DNA of 64,000 nt from NCBI GenBank assembly GCA_019358915.1, contig JAHHIM010000012.1:32001-96000 (forward strand), in the 5' to 3' direction. The number at the start of each line of letters is the position of its first letter. Within the stretch, counting starts at the first letter, position 1. Positions 1 to 8,500 of this stretch are shown piece after piece. The translations under genes were made by a program, and so were the position numbers. The notes under the pieces were generated by a model. It worked only from the letters and a program-made list of their open reading frames with translations. It had not been told where the DNA came from and did no database searches. The stretch is from Trichormus sp. ATA11-4-KO1. Its GTDB lineage: Bacteria > Cyanobacteriota > Cyanobacteriia > Cyanobacteriales > Nostocaceae.

Positions 1-119
1 AAGTAATGAAGCGGGATGCTCAAAAAATGCGCGGTGATAAGCCTTTTATTTTTACTAATTTAAAAACTCAAGCAGGGCTAACAGATGTGATTGAATTTGT
101 TGCTAAAAATATTTGTTAA
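1..119 (+). CDS. ureG: Urease accessory GTPase UreG, C-terminal end (runs off the window)
   Basis: Frame from nt 3 reads VMKRDAQKMRGDKPFIFTNLKTQAGLTDVIEFVAKNIC*, matching the UreG C-terminus; not in the ORF track. Confidence 0.85.
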   Translation, partial: VMKRDAQKMRGDKPFIFTNLKTQAGLTDVIEFVAKNIC

Positions 120-149
120 TTAACAAAATACTTGATTTTAATTAAAAGT

Positions 150-256
150 TTGTAGTGAGGACTTTAGTCCTCTCTATCTCCCATAATCACAGCTAGGAAG
201 TAAGCACAGCTATACTTGTAGCTTCTGATAAAAAAGGGCTGAAGCCCTGACTACAA
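150..256. repeat. Inverted pair of short dispersed repeats (SDR-like); a related copy lies at about 7991-8013
   Basis: TGTAGTGAGGACTTTAGTCCT and AGGGCTGAAGCCCTGACTACAA are approximate reverse complements. Confidence 0.55.
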
Positions 257-307
257 GCTTATTAAATTTTATTTATATTAAACTTCTTGTATATAATCAC
301 AAAGGCA

Positions 308-1273
308 ATGACTCACCACATTTTAAAAGCCACCAAGAAAACTGTGCATCTAGGTGGGTTCTCTCATCTATTAGAACCAGCACTCACTATTGAATCTGGC
401 GACACAATTGATGTGGAAACCTACACTGGTTATTACGTTTACGACAAAGCACCATCAGAGTTTCTCACCCCAGAATTTATTGATATCTGCCAAAATCTTC
501 CTTTAGAACGGAAAGTTGCTGGCGGGCCACATTTACTCACAGGGCCAATTTACGTCCAGGATGCAGAACCAGGAGACGTTTTAGAAGTAAAATTAGAAGC
601 GATCGCACCTAGTTTACCTGTTGGTTTTAATGCGATTCGTCCAGGCTGGGGCGCATTACCAAACCAATTTACTCAACCTGCACTGAGATTTATTCCCCTC
701 GATTTAGTCAGCAATATTGCGGAGTTTCCTGTTAATAGTGGAATTAAAATTCCCCTCAAACCCTTTTTTGGTATCCTTGGTGTCGCTACCCCAGAAAACT
801 CCCGAACATCAGTTCCACCTGGTTGTTATGGTGGTAACATCGATAACCGAGAACTCCAAGCAGGTTCTCGCATATTTTTACCTGTTTTTGTCCCAGGTGC
901 ATTATTCTCTCTTGGTGATGGACATTCCGCACAAGGCGATGGCGAAGTAAATGTCACCGCCATTGAAACTTCTATGAACGGTAAAATTATACTCAAACTT
1001 CGCCAGGACTTACACCTAACAACACCCATAGCTGAAACACCAACTGATATTATCACCATGGGGTTTGCTCAAACTTTAGATGCAGCTTTGGAAATAGCTG
1101 TCAAAAACATGATAGATTTTTTGGAACGTTTTACAAATTTGTCAGCAGAAGACGCTTATGTATTGTGTAGTTTAGCGGTAAATTTTCGCATCACTCAAGT
1201 TGTCAATAGTCCTCAAAAAGGTGTTCATGGGATGCTGCCCAAAGCGATCCTTTCACATAAAATAAGTTTATAG
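308..1273 (+). CDS. Acetamidase/formamidase family protein
   Basis: HLLTGPIYV-AEPGD, GGNIDNREL and GDGHSAQGDGEV motifs; ATG at 308 preferred over TTG at 287. Confidence 0.9.
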   Translation: MTHHILKATKKTVHLGGFSHLLEPALTIESGDTIDVETYTGYYVYDKAPSEFLTPEFIDICQNLPLERKVAGGPHLLTGPIYVQDAEPGDVLEVKLEAIAPSLPVGFNAIRPGWGALPNQFTQPALRFIPLDLVSNIAEFPVNSGIKIPLKPFFGILGVATPENSRTSVPPGCYGGNIDNRELQAGSRIFLPVFVPGALFSLGDGHSAQGDGEVNVTAIETSMNGKIILKLRQDLHLTTPIAETPTDIITMGFAQTLDAALEIAVKNMIDFLERFTNLSAEDAYVLCSLAVNFRITQVVNSPQKGVHGMLPKAILSHKISL

Positions 1274-1293
1274 TTAACAATAAATAATCTTGT

Positions 1294-1665
1294 ATGTCTA
1301 ATATCTTCATCCAAATGTTAATTATTGGTCTAATTGCCGGCATTGCTGGTGGTATGTTTGGTATCGGTGGTGGTGCAATTATGGTACCAGCAATGGTTCT
1401 GCTAGCTGGTTTGGATCAGAAATTTGCTACAGGTACTTCAATTGCTGCCCAAATTTTACCAATTGGTATTTTAGGAGCAGCAGTATATTATCGTAATGGC
1501 AATATTAATATCAAATATGCTGCCATCATTGCTATTGGGCTAGTTGTTGGTAATTTATTTGGCGCATTATTTGCTAATCAGCCATTTATTAGCAGTGAAA
1601 TGATGAAAAAGCTGTATGGCGTTTTTTTATTACTCATTGGTCTGCGGTATTTAGTAGGACGTTAA
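1294..1665 (+). CDS. TauE/SafE-family (sulfite exporter-like) small membrane protein, half-size
   Basis: GMFGIGGGAIMVP and ATGTS motifs; hydrophobic. Confidence 0.85.
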   Translation: MSNIFIQMLIIGLIAGIAGGMFGIGGGAIMVPAMVLLAGLDQKFATGTSIAAQILPIGILGAAVYYRNGNINIKYAAIIAIGLVVGNLFGALFANQPFISSEMMKKLYGVFLLLIGLRYLVGR

Positions 1666-1686
1666 GAGTAGGGAATTTGAGGAAAA

Positions 1687-1785
1687 ATGCCAAAGGATTC
1701 ATTATTTACTAACCGTATAGCTGTGCTGGCGACAATGCACCAAAAAGAAAAAGTTACCGCTCCATGTCTACACATTGACAGCTAA
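1687..1785 (+). pseudogene. Truncated N-terminus of a conserved hypothetical gene (DUF6671-like)
   Basis: SD GAGGA then MPKDSLFTNRIAVLATMHQKEKVTAP, stopping after 32 codons at the end of the convergent gene. Confidence 0.55.
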
Positions 1786-2789
1786 AATCTGACAACTACT
1801 TTGCCGCAATTTTGACCACTCAGCAAATATTCAACAGCAGTAGGTATGGATTCTACACCTAGAAATTGCCTTTGATCAACAAAGACTTTGAGTTTACCTG
1901 TGTAGAAAAGATTTAACAAGCGATCGCGTGCCTCTGTCATATATTCTTGATAATGAGGCATGAGAAAGCCACGCACAGAAGCAGCTTGCCAAAATAGCTG
2001 GTGATAAATCCGGGGTTGGGTAATTTCCGCCAAATTTTTCCCATACTCAGAGATAAAGCCAAGCACCACCAAACGTCCCCGCACCGCTAAGTTATCAACA
2101 CAGGTATCGAAAACCTGTTTACCCACACACTCAAAAATCAAATTAATGCCATTGAGGTACTCTTGTTGCAAGACTTGACCAAGGTTTTCTGTACGATAAT
2201 TAATAATGCGATCGCATCCTAATTCCTTTAATAACTGCACCTTTGCTTCAGAACCACAAATACCAATTACATGATTACCTGCTAACTTCGCCAACTGCAC
2301 AGCAATATGACCTGTTCCACCCGCCGCAGCCGTCACCAAAACAACTTCATTACTTTTCATCTCCCCAACTTGTTCTAATGCCACCAAAGCTGATACACCA
2401 GTAGGCATCAAAGTTAACACTTCCGGGGTAACTTCCCGCACCTTAGTTACTAAATTCGCATCGATAATTTGGTACTCACGATAACCACCACCACGGTTAG
2501 TAGTTACCACAGCCTCACCAACTTGGAAATTTTTGACATCCTCACCCATAGCAACAACTTCTCCCACCGCTTCCACACCCAAATCAAAGGGAGGAATTAA
2601 GCTAACATAGGGAACATCACCACGACAAAGTAAAGTATCAAAACCACCATTAATCCCAGCAAATTTATTTTTAATTAACAGTTGCTTAGTAGTAGGTTGA
2701 GGAATAGGAATTTCCACAACTTCCACAGCAGATTTAAAATCTTGCTCAAATTGCTTTGCTATTAACTTTCTGTAGATTTTTGCCTTCAT
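1782..2789 (-). CDS. Zinc-independent MDR-family NADPH oxidoreductase (prostaglandin reductase/ZADH2-like ene-reductase)
   Basis: VLVTAAAGGTGHIAVQLAKLAG nucleotide-binding motif, GVEAVGEV, C-terminal GKVVV. Confidence 0.85.
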   Translation of the reverse strand: MKAKIYRKLIAKQFEQDFKSAVEVVEIPIPQPTTKQLLIKNKFAGINGGFDTLLCRGDVPYVSLIPPFDLGVEAVGEVVAMGEDVKNFQVGEAVVTTNRGGGYREYQIIDANLVTKVREVTPEVLTLMPTGVSALVALEQVGEMKSNEVVLVTAAAGGTGHIAVQLAKLAGNHVIGICGSEAKVQLLKELGCDRIINYRTENLGQVLQQEYLNGINLIFECVGKQVFDTCVDNLAVRGRLVVLGFISEYGKNLAEITQPRIYHQLFWQAASVRGFLMPHYQEYMTEARDRLLNLFYTGKLKVFVDQRQFLGVESIPTAVEYLLSGQNCGKVVVRF

Positions 2790-2978
2790 TTTTAATCTTA
2801 ATTTTACCTTACTCCTTAATTATTAGTTTTAACGTATGTAGCAGTCCTAACTCATAAGTCCTGCGGACACGTTACGAGAACGTAAAAAATTTTATTAAAT
2901 TTCTCTGCGTTCTCTGCGTCTCTGCGGTTCGTTTTCCAAAATTATCACTAATTCAGCAAAAGTAGACTCTTGGTTCTC

Positions 2979-3027
2979 AACCCGCGTAGGCGGGTTTTGA
3001 TTGTGTAGCAGCGACTTTTAGTCGCCC
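2979..3027. repeat. Composite dispersed repeat; related copy at 58742-58813
   Basis: Reverse complement GGGCGACTAAAAGTCGCTGCTACACAATCAAAACCCGCCTACGCGGGTT aligns to the 58742 copy. Confidence 0.6.
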
Positions 3028-3030
3028 TTC

Positions 3031-3831
3031 TTAGGCTTCTAAGGCTTTATCCCACTCTAACTGATGAGCTAAACCATACGTGATAAAATCTTCTACTTTA
3101 GCTTGATCACTTTTACCAAAAACGCCTAAACTGTAAGGATTATCTTGCATTCGTTGTGTAACTTGCTCTTTTTCAAATACTATCACTTCCTCTCTAGACT
3201 TATCGGGTTTAAAAAAGTCTACAACCAAAACAGTTCTGTCATAATTAGTGTAATTATGTGGACAATGTGGATAGCTGTGATCTAAAACCATAAATTTTCC
3301 TTCATACCAATAAAGCTGCTCATGGCATATTTTCATAGCCACATCCCCCTCAGGTACAATCAATCCTAGATAGCCACGATTCATATGAGGGTTATAGTTC
3401 ACATGTAGTTTAATATCTAATCCTGGACGAAAGGTACCAAAATAAACATTTCTGATGATATTATCATCGCTCAAGTTTACTTTTGCTATCACCTCAGTCA
3501 AATTAGGAAAATATTTCTCTCTCAAAGCAAGTGCTTTTTCTGATGCCTCTTCTGCTCCATAATCAGGATATTCTATTTGATACAAGCGAATATATTCTTC
3601 AATAAATAAACCTTTAAATAAAATCCCAAAAGCACTATATTTCGCATTACCCCTAGTTTTAATCGTCTTACTTTTAGGTCCCAGAACATCAAAAGTGAAC
3701 GCTAATTCCTCAGCAGACGCATGATTAAAAAAACTTGTAAACTCATCTCTAATCACTGACCAGTTATCTTGAAAACTGTTGAGAAAAGTAAACTGCTTTG
3801 GATCTAAATGATACTCATTAAACCTTACCAT
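3031..3831 (-). CDS. Aspartyl/asparaginyl beta-hydroxylase-family Fe(II)/2OG dioxygenase
   Basis: NWSVIRDEF, PGLDIKLHVN, WYEGKFMVLDHSYPH and RTVLVVDF patterns. Confidence 0.8.
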   Translation of the reverse strand: MVRFNEYHLDPKQFTFLNSFQDNWSVIRDEFTSFFNHASAEELAFTFDVLGPKSKTIKTRGNAKYSAFGILFKGLFIEEYIRLYQIEYPDYGAEEASEKALALREKYFPNLTEVIAKVNLSDDNIIRNVYFGTFRPGLDIKLHVNYNPHMNRGYLGLIVPEGDVAMKICHEQLYWYEGKFMVLDHSYPHCPHNYTNYDRTVLVVDFFKPDKSREEVIVFEKEQVTQRMQDNPYSLGVFGKSDQAKVEDFITYGLAHQLEWDKALEA

Positions 3832-3910
3832 AATCTTTCTCCTCCAAATGATTGAATAAAGATTTTTGACGTATTAATATCAGCAATTCTATCTAAACTT
3901 GTAAAATAGT

Positions 3911-4050
3911 TATAGCGTTTCCTAATGCGCTGAAGGACTGAATACACCGCTAATAAAATTTGACAATCTTTGCGTAACTCTGCGCTACCTTAGCGTTCCT
4001 CTGCGTTAAAAAATATTAGTTCTGTACTCACTTAGTTGGGAATCGCTATA
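3911..4050. mobile_element. MITE with TATAGCG ends (IS630/Tc1-like, TA target)
   Basis: TATAGCGTTTCCT ... GGGAATCGCTATA terminal inverted repeats, non-coding interior. Confidence 0.55.
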
Positions 4051-4148
4051 AATTCTTTTTCAGTCACAAATTTCCTTTTTAACTTCTTAGCTCTGTGCCT
4101 CTGTGGTTTAAAACTAGGTTATGTAGTCATTTTAGTGTGAGGTCTACC

Positions 4149-5618
4149 ATGTCCGAAGCCCCCTTATTAGATAAAATAATTAAAAACGTCAGAGTAGTTC
4201 GTCCCCATCAAGATACAGTCGAACTACTTGACTTGGGAATTAAGGATGGAAAATTTGTCCAGATTGCTCCTTATATTAGCCCAGACCAAGGTCAAGAGAT
4301 ATTTGATGCCAAAAACCTCCTAGGCTTTCCAGGTGTCGTAGATGCCCATATGCACATCGGTATTTATCAACCTCTTGACCAAGATGCAGTGACTGAAAGC
4401 AAAGCAGCCGCCATGGGGGGAGTCACAACTAGTCTCAACTACATTCGTACAGGACAGTATTATTTAAACAAAGGCGGTGCTTATCGAGACTTTTTCCCAG
4501 AAGTATTAGCCTTATCCAGAGGTAATTTTTTTGTTGATTATAGCTATCACGTCGCCCCCATAGCTAGCCAACATCTTGACGAAATCCCACTATTGTTTAC
4601 AGAACATGGAGTATCTTCCTTTAAAATCTTTATGTTTTATGGAGGTTACGGTTTGCATGGTTTATCAGACCAACAAAACCTCTTTTTGATGATTAATAAA
4701 GAAGAACGCTATGACTTCGCCCACTTTGAATTTATTATGCGCCGTCTCACTTCCTTGATGGCAGATTATCCAGAATCGCGAGATAGTATCAGCTTAAGTT
4801 TGCACTGCGAAATTGCCGAAATTCTCAACGCATACACCAAAATAGTCGAAAATGATTCCAGCCTCAGTGGACTACACGCTTATAGTGCAGCACGTCCCCC
4901 CCATTCCGAAGGTTTAGCAATTTGTATTGCTTCTTATTTGGCACATGAAACCAACTGTGCAAACATCAATTTATTACATCTCAGTTCGCGTAAAGCAATG
5001 GAAGCAGCCTTGACAATGCAAACTGCTTTTCCCCATATTAATTTCCGACGAGAAGTCACTGTTGGACATTTACTATTAGATGTCGATACCCCTACAACTA
5101 CTTGGGCCAAAGTCAACCCACCTATCCGTCCCCGTGCCGATGTGGAATACTTATGGCAAGCAGTACTTAATCATCAAGTAGATTGGATAGTTAGTGACCA
5201 TGCTTGTTGTTCTGCCGAACAAAAAAGAAGCGCAAAATACCCAAATAATATATGGTTAGCAAAATCTGGTTTTGGTGGTACAGAATATTTACTTTCTGGT
5301 GTATTTAGTGAAGGTAGCAAGCGGGGAATGTCTTACAGCCACATGGCTAAGTTGCTATCTTGGAACCCATCCCGGCGGTTTGGTGTACTCACAAAAGGTG
5401 ATATTGCTATTGGCTACGATGCTGATTTGGTGTTATTAGACCCCCGTGAAACCTTCGTAGTACGTGCGGCTGAATCAGAGTCACAACAAGGTTACACACC
5501 CTTTGAAGGAGTAGAATTAACTGGAAGGGTGAAAACTACCTTTTTGCGCGGAAACAAAATTTACGACCAAGGACAAGTGCTTGGTGTACCAACTGGACGT
5601 TATTTAAAAAGATGTTAG
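4149..5618 (+). CDS. Cyclic amidohydrolase (allantoinase/hydantoinase/dihydroorotase family)
   Basis: DAHMH metal motif, SFKIFM (carboxylated Lys), SLHCE, LHLSS, SDHA, KVNPPIR; ATG at 4149 follows GAGG. Confidence 0.85.
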   Translation: MSEAPLLDKIIKNVRVVRPHQDTVELLDLGIKDGKFVQIAPYISPDQGQEIFDAKNLLGFPGVVDAHMHIGIYQPLDQDAVTESKAAAMGGVTTSLNYIRTGQYYLNKGGAYRDFFPEVLALSRGNFFVDYSYHVAPIASQHLDEIPLLFTEHGVSSFKIFMFYGGYGLHGLSDQQNLFLMINKEERYDFAHFEFIMRRLTSLMADYPESRDSISLSLHCEIAEILNAYTKIVENDSSLSGLHAYSAARPPHSEGLAICIASYLAHETNCANINLLHLSSRKAMEAALTMQTAFPHINFRREVTVGHLLLDVDTPTTTWAKVNPPIRPRADVEYLWQAVLNHQVDWIVSDHACCSAEQKRSAKYPNNIWLAKSGFGGTEYLLSGVFSEGSKRGMSYSHMAKLLSWNPSRRFGVLTKGDIAIGYDADLVLLDPRETFVVRAAESESQQGYTPFEGVELTGRVKTTFLRGNKIYDQGQVLGVPTGRYLKRC

Positions 5619-5628
5619 CTTAAAAAGC

Positions 5629-6531
5629 TTATGCGTCTTTAGCTGCATATGACAAGACTGTTCCCAGTTGTGATAAATCCCTATCAACTCGAACAAAAAA
5701 TAAGCAACCATCATCTGTTCTGTGCCAAGGAGAGGTGGTAAAGCTGGGAATGTAACCAAAGCAATCCTTGACAAATCGAAAATCTCCAATATCACAGTAT
5801 CCAGCTAGACAATACGCCTCTTCGTTATAAGATTGTATTTCTGTGTACCTGCCGTCATAATGTGGCAAGATGGCAAGGAGCCATACTCCACCTCCGTTGG
5901 CATCTTTCCTCAAGTACTTCTTTTTTGCTACCTCAAATTGAACTGTATCTGTCTTGCCCCACGATAGCAATTTACTATCCAATGCTGGGATGAACTCATC
6001 CATCCTCGCGTTTGGGTGGTTATTTTGTGCGTCCTTATACTTGAGAATACCGTTCTCCATCCAAAGGATTTCCACTTCATCATCACCAAGCACTTTCCAA
6101 GGGCCTACCCTCACTCCTGCCGGTATAAATGAGTATCCATGCTTGTTTAGTTGCCATTCACCTAATTGAATAACACCTTTAAGCACAAAAATTTCTAAAT
6201 CGGCAGTAAATATACCAGAGGGTGCTGCAAACTGGGGTGGTAACACAACTTTGGAAGTAGATGCACCACTATCATGCCAAGTCAGCAATTGATAGTTTCC
6301 AGGTGCTACATATTCTGGCATTCCCCGCACTCGCCACCCATGTTCTACTGATACAGCATTTGTGTCAAAGTACTGATACTGTCGAGGTGCATATTCTGGG
6401 GAAATAGCCGTGTGTCTTCCTGATAAATTCATGCGCCCTCTACCATCTCCACCCCAATCTTCCTTCACAGGCGCTACATTCAAAAAATCATTAGTCTCTT
6501 CATCGGGGACAGTCTTATAATTATTTTCCAT
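5629..6531 (-). CDS. Tandem cupin-like protein (DUF4437-like)
   Basis: LEIFVLKG...YSFIPAG and NEEAYCLAG...PWH repeated cupin-like halves. Confidence 0.65.
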   Translation of the reverse strand: MENNYKTVPDEETNDFLNVAPVKEDWGGDGRGRMNLSGRHTAISPEYAPRQYQYFDTNAVSVEHGWRVRGMPEYVAPGNYQLLTWHDSGASTSKVVLPPQFAAPSGIFTADLEIFVLKGVIQLGEWQLNKHGYSFIPAGVRVGPWKVLGDDEVEILWMENGILKYKDAQNNHPNARMDEFIPALDSKLLSWGKTDTVQFEVAKKKYLRKDANGGGVWLLAILPHYDGRYTEIQSYNEEAYCLAGYCDIGDFRFVKDCFGYIPSFTTSPWHRTDDGCLFFVRVDRDLSQLGTVLSYAAKDA

Positions 6532-6561
6532 CTATTTAGAACTCATACAATACTCCAAATA

Positions 6562-7950
6562 TTACGCCAGTCTTTGTTTAACTTCTTCAGCTAAATTTTC
6601 TAGTGATACTTCTACTTGTTCACCTGTTTTTAAATCTTTAAGAGAAGACTTTTGCAATGCTGCTTCTTCGGAACCAATAATTACACAGAATTGAATTCCT
6701 TGTTTATCAGCTAGCTGGAATTGTTTTCCCAAACCTTTTTTTTCAAAGTTAGTGATAACATTAATTCCAGCTTTACGCAGGTTTTGGGACACCTGTAAAT
6801 AAATAGGCATCAAATCTTCCTGCATATTCACTACCATGACCTGCGCTGGTGTAGCAGCTAAGGTACTCAAAATACCAGCTTTTAGTAATCGGCTAATTAA
6901 ACGAGTTAAACCAATAGAAATACCCACACCAGGCATTTTTTCGCCTAAAAATGTGCCTACTAACTCTTCATATCTACCGCCAGAACAAATACTACCTAAA
7001 GCTTCATGTCCTAATAAAGTTGTTTCATAAACAGTACCTGTATAATAATCAAGACCACGAGCGATCGCTAAATCAATACAAAAGCGATTTTCAGAAACTC
7101 CAAGGTTACGAACACCTGTAATCACTGTTTCTAATTCAGTGACTCCCAAGCTAAATTGTTCAGCTTCAGGCAAATTTTGTGCAAGATGCTTAAGCTTATC
7201 TAATACCTCATCAACACTGCCGTTAATTTTAATAAAGTCAATAATTTTTTGAGTTTGTTCTGCTAAAATATCTTCTTTTTCTAATTGTTGTTTGACTTTA
7301 GCCTCACCGATTTTTTCCAAGTTATCAATAATACTGATACAAGATTTAATTTTATTTTCAGCAATTCCTAACGACTGAAAAAACCCTGTAAGAATTTTAC
7401 GGTTATTAATGCGAATCAGAAAATCACCAATATTAACAGCCTCAAATATCTCGGTGATAATTGCAGGCATTTGAGCATCATAAAGTAAACTGAGTTCACG
7501 CCGAGCAATTACATCAATATCACACTGGCGGAACTGGCGGAAACGCCCATCTTTTGCTCGTTCACCCCGAAAAACAACATCCATTTGGTAACGAGCAAAG
7601 GGAAAGGTTAATTCATTGAGGTGACGAGCAATATAAGCTGCTAAAGGAACTGTTTGGTCAAACTTTAAAGCTCTAGCTTCTGAACCTGTTTCTCCTGCTT
7701 TTTCTTTTTCGGCTTGCCGATTTGGTGGCAGGATAGGGTCAATACCATAAATAATATTGTCACCTTGATTTCCCTTGGCTTGCAGCACTTCTAAACGTTC
7801 TACAGCCGGAGTTTCTATAGGTGTAAATCCATAACTTTCAAAAACTCTCCGGATGGTATCTAGTAAATATAATTCCAAGCGTTTTTCGCTGGGAAGAAAT
7901 TCGGGAAACCCGCTAGGAGTTGAGAAGTTGATTTTGTCGCTTTTTGCCAT
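6562..7950 (-). CDS. hisS: Histidine--tRNA ligase
   Basis: LKFDQTVPLA, FRGERAKDGRFRQFRQCDID, ARGLDYYTG, SGGRY and an anticodon-binding C-domain. Confidence 0.95.
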   Translation of the reverse strand: MAKSDKINFSTPSGFPEFLPSEKRLELYLLDTIRRVFESYGFTPIETPAVERLEVLQAKGNQGDNIIYGIDPILPPNRQAEKEKAGETGSEARALKFDQTVPLAAYIARHLNELTFPFARYQMDVVFRGERAKDGRFRQFRQCDIDVIARRELSLLYDAQMPAIITEIFEAVNIGDFLIRINNRKILTGFFQSLGIAENKIKSCISIIDNLEKIGEAKVKQQLEKEDILAEQTQKIIDFIKINGSVDEVLDKLKHLAQNLPEAEQFSLGVTELETVITGVRNLGVSENRFCIDLAIARGLDYYTGTVYETTLLGHEALGSICSGGRYEELVGTFLGEKMPGVGISIGLTRLISRLLKAGILSTLAATPAQVMVVNMQEDLMPIYLQVSQNLRKAGINVITNFEKKGLGKQFQLADKQGIQFCVIIGSEEAALQKSSLKDLKTGEQVEVSLENLAEEVKQRLA

Positions 7951-8018
7951 GCTGATACCTGGAAAATCGTAAATTATGCAAACACAAAGTAAGGCTAGAG
8001 CCTCTGACTACAAACTTT

Positions 8019-8465
8019 CTACTGTAGTCGTTCTTCTTGGATAATGGTGCGTTGGTAAATTTGATGGTTTTTAAACCAGTGCCAAGTACGGGCACGATGG
8101 TTATTGTCAGGGCTAAGTAAGATCATTTCATATAAATACATTTCTGGTACTGTCTTATAAGCAAACCACAAAATAAGGGTAGAATCATCAACTTCCCAAG
8201 CTTTTCCTTGAATACGTTCTGTGTCAAACCAGAGCATTTTATCGCGATAGGTTCCTGGAAATTTATGCTCTTCTTGTTTTCCATCAGACCATTTGTAGCG
8301 ATTGATTTGATAGTAGGAATAAATGTCGTTTTCTGGAAACTGGCAGGTTAAATGAGATTGATGTTGATCAATAATTTTACCTTCTATATCTATCAAAGTA
8401 TACGTACCTACCCAATCACCCTCATGGCGGGCTAGCACTGGCATTTCTTCTCGAATATTAGACAT
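8019..8465 (-). CDS. DUF3598-like calycin/beta-barrel protein
   Basis: HEGDWVGTY (calycin GxW) start, alternating beta-strand pattern, NHRARTWHWF. Confidence 0.65.
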   Translation of the reverse strand: MSNIREEMPVLARHEGDWVGTYTLIDIEGKIIDQHQSHLTCQFPENDIYSYYQINRYKWSDGKQEEHKFPGTYRDKMLWFDTERIQGKAWEVDDSTLILWFAYKTVPEMYLYEMILLSPDNNHRARTWHWFKNHQIYQRTIIQEERLQ

Positions 8466-8500
8466 TACACAATTCCTTGAAATAAGATTTTAGGCTTCTA

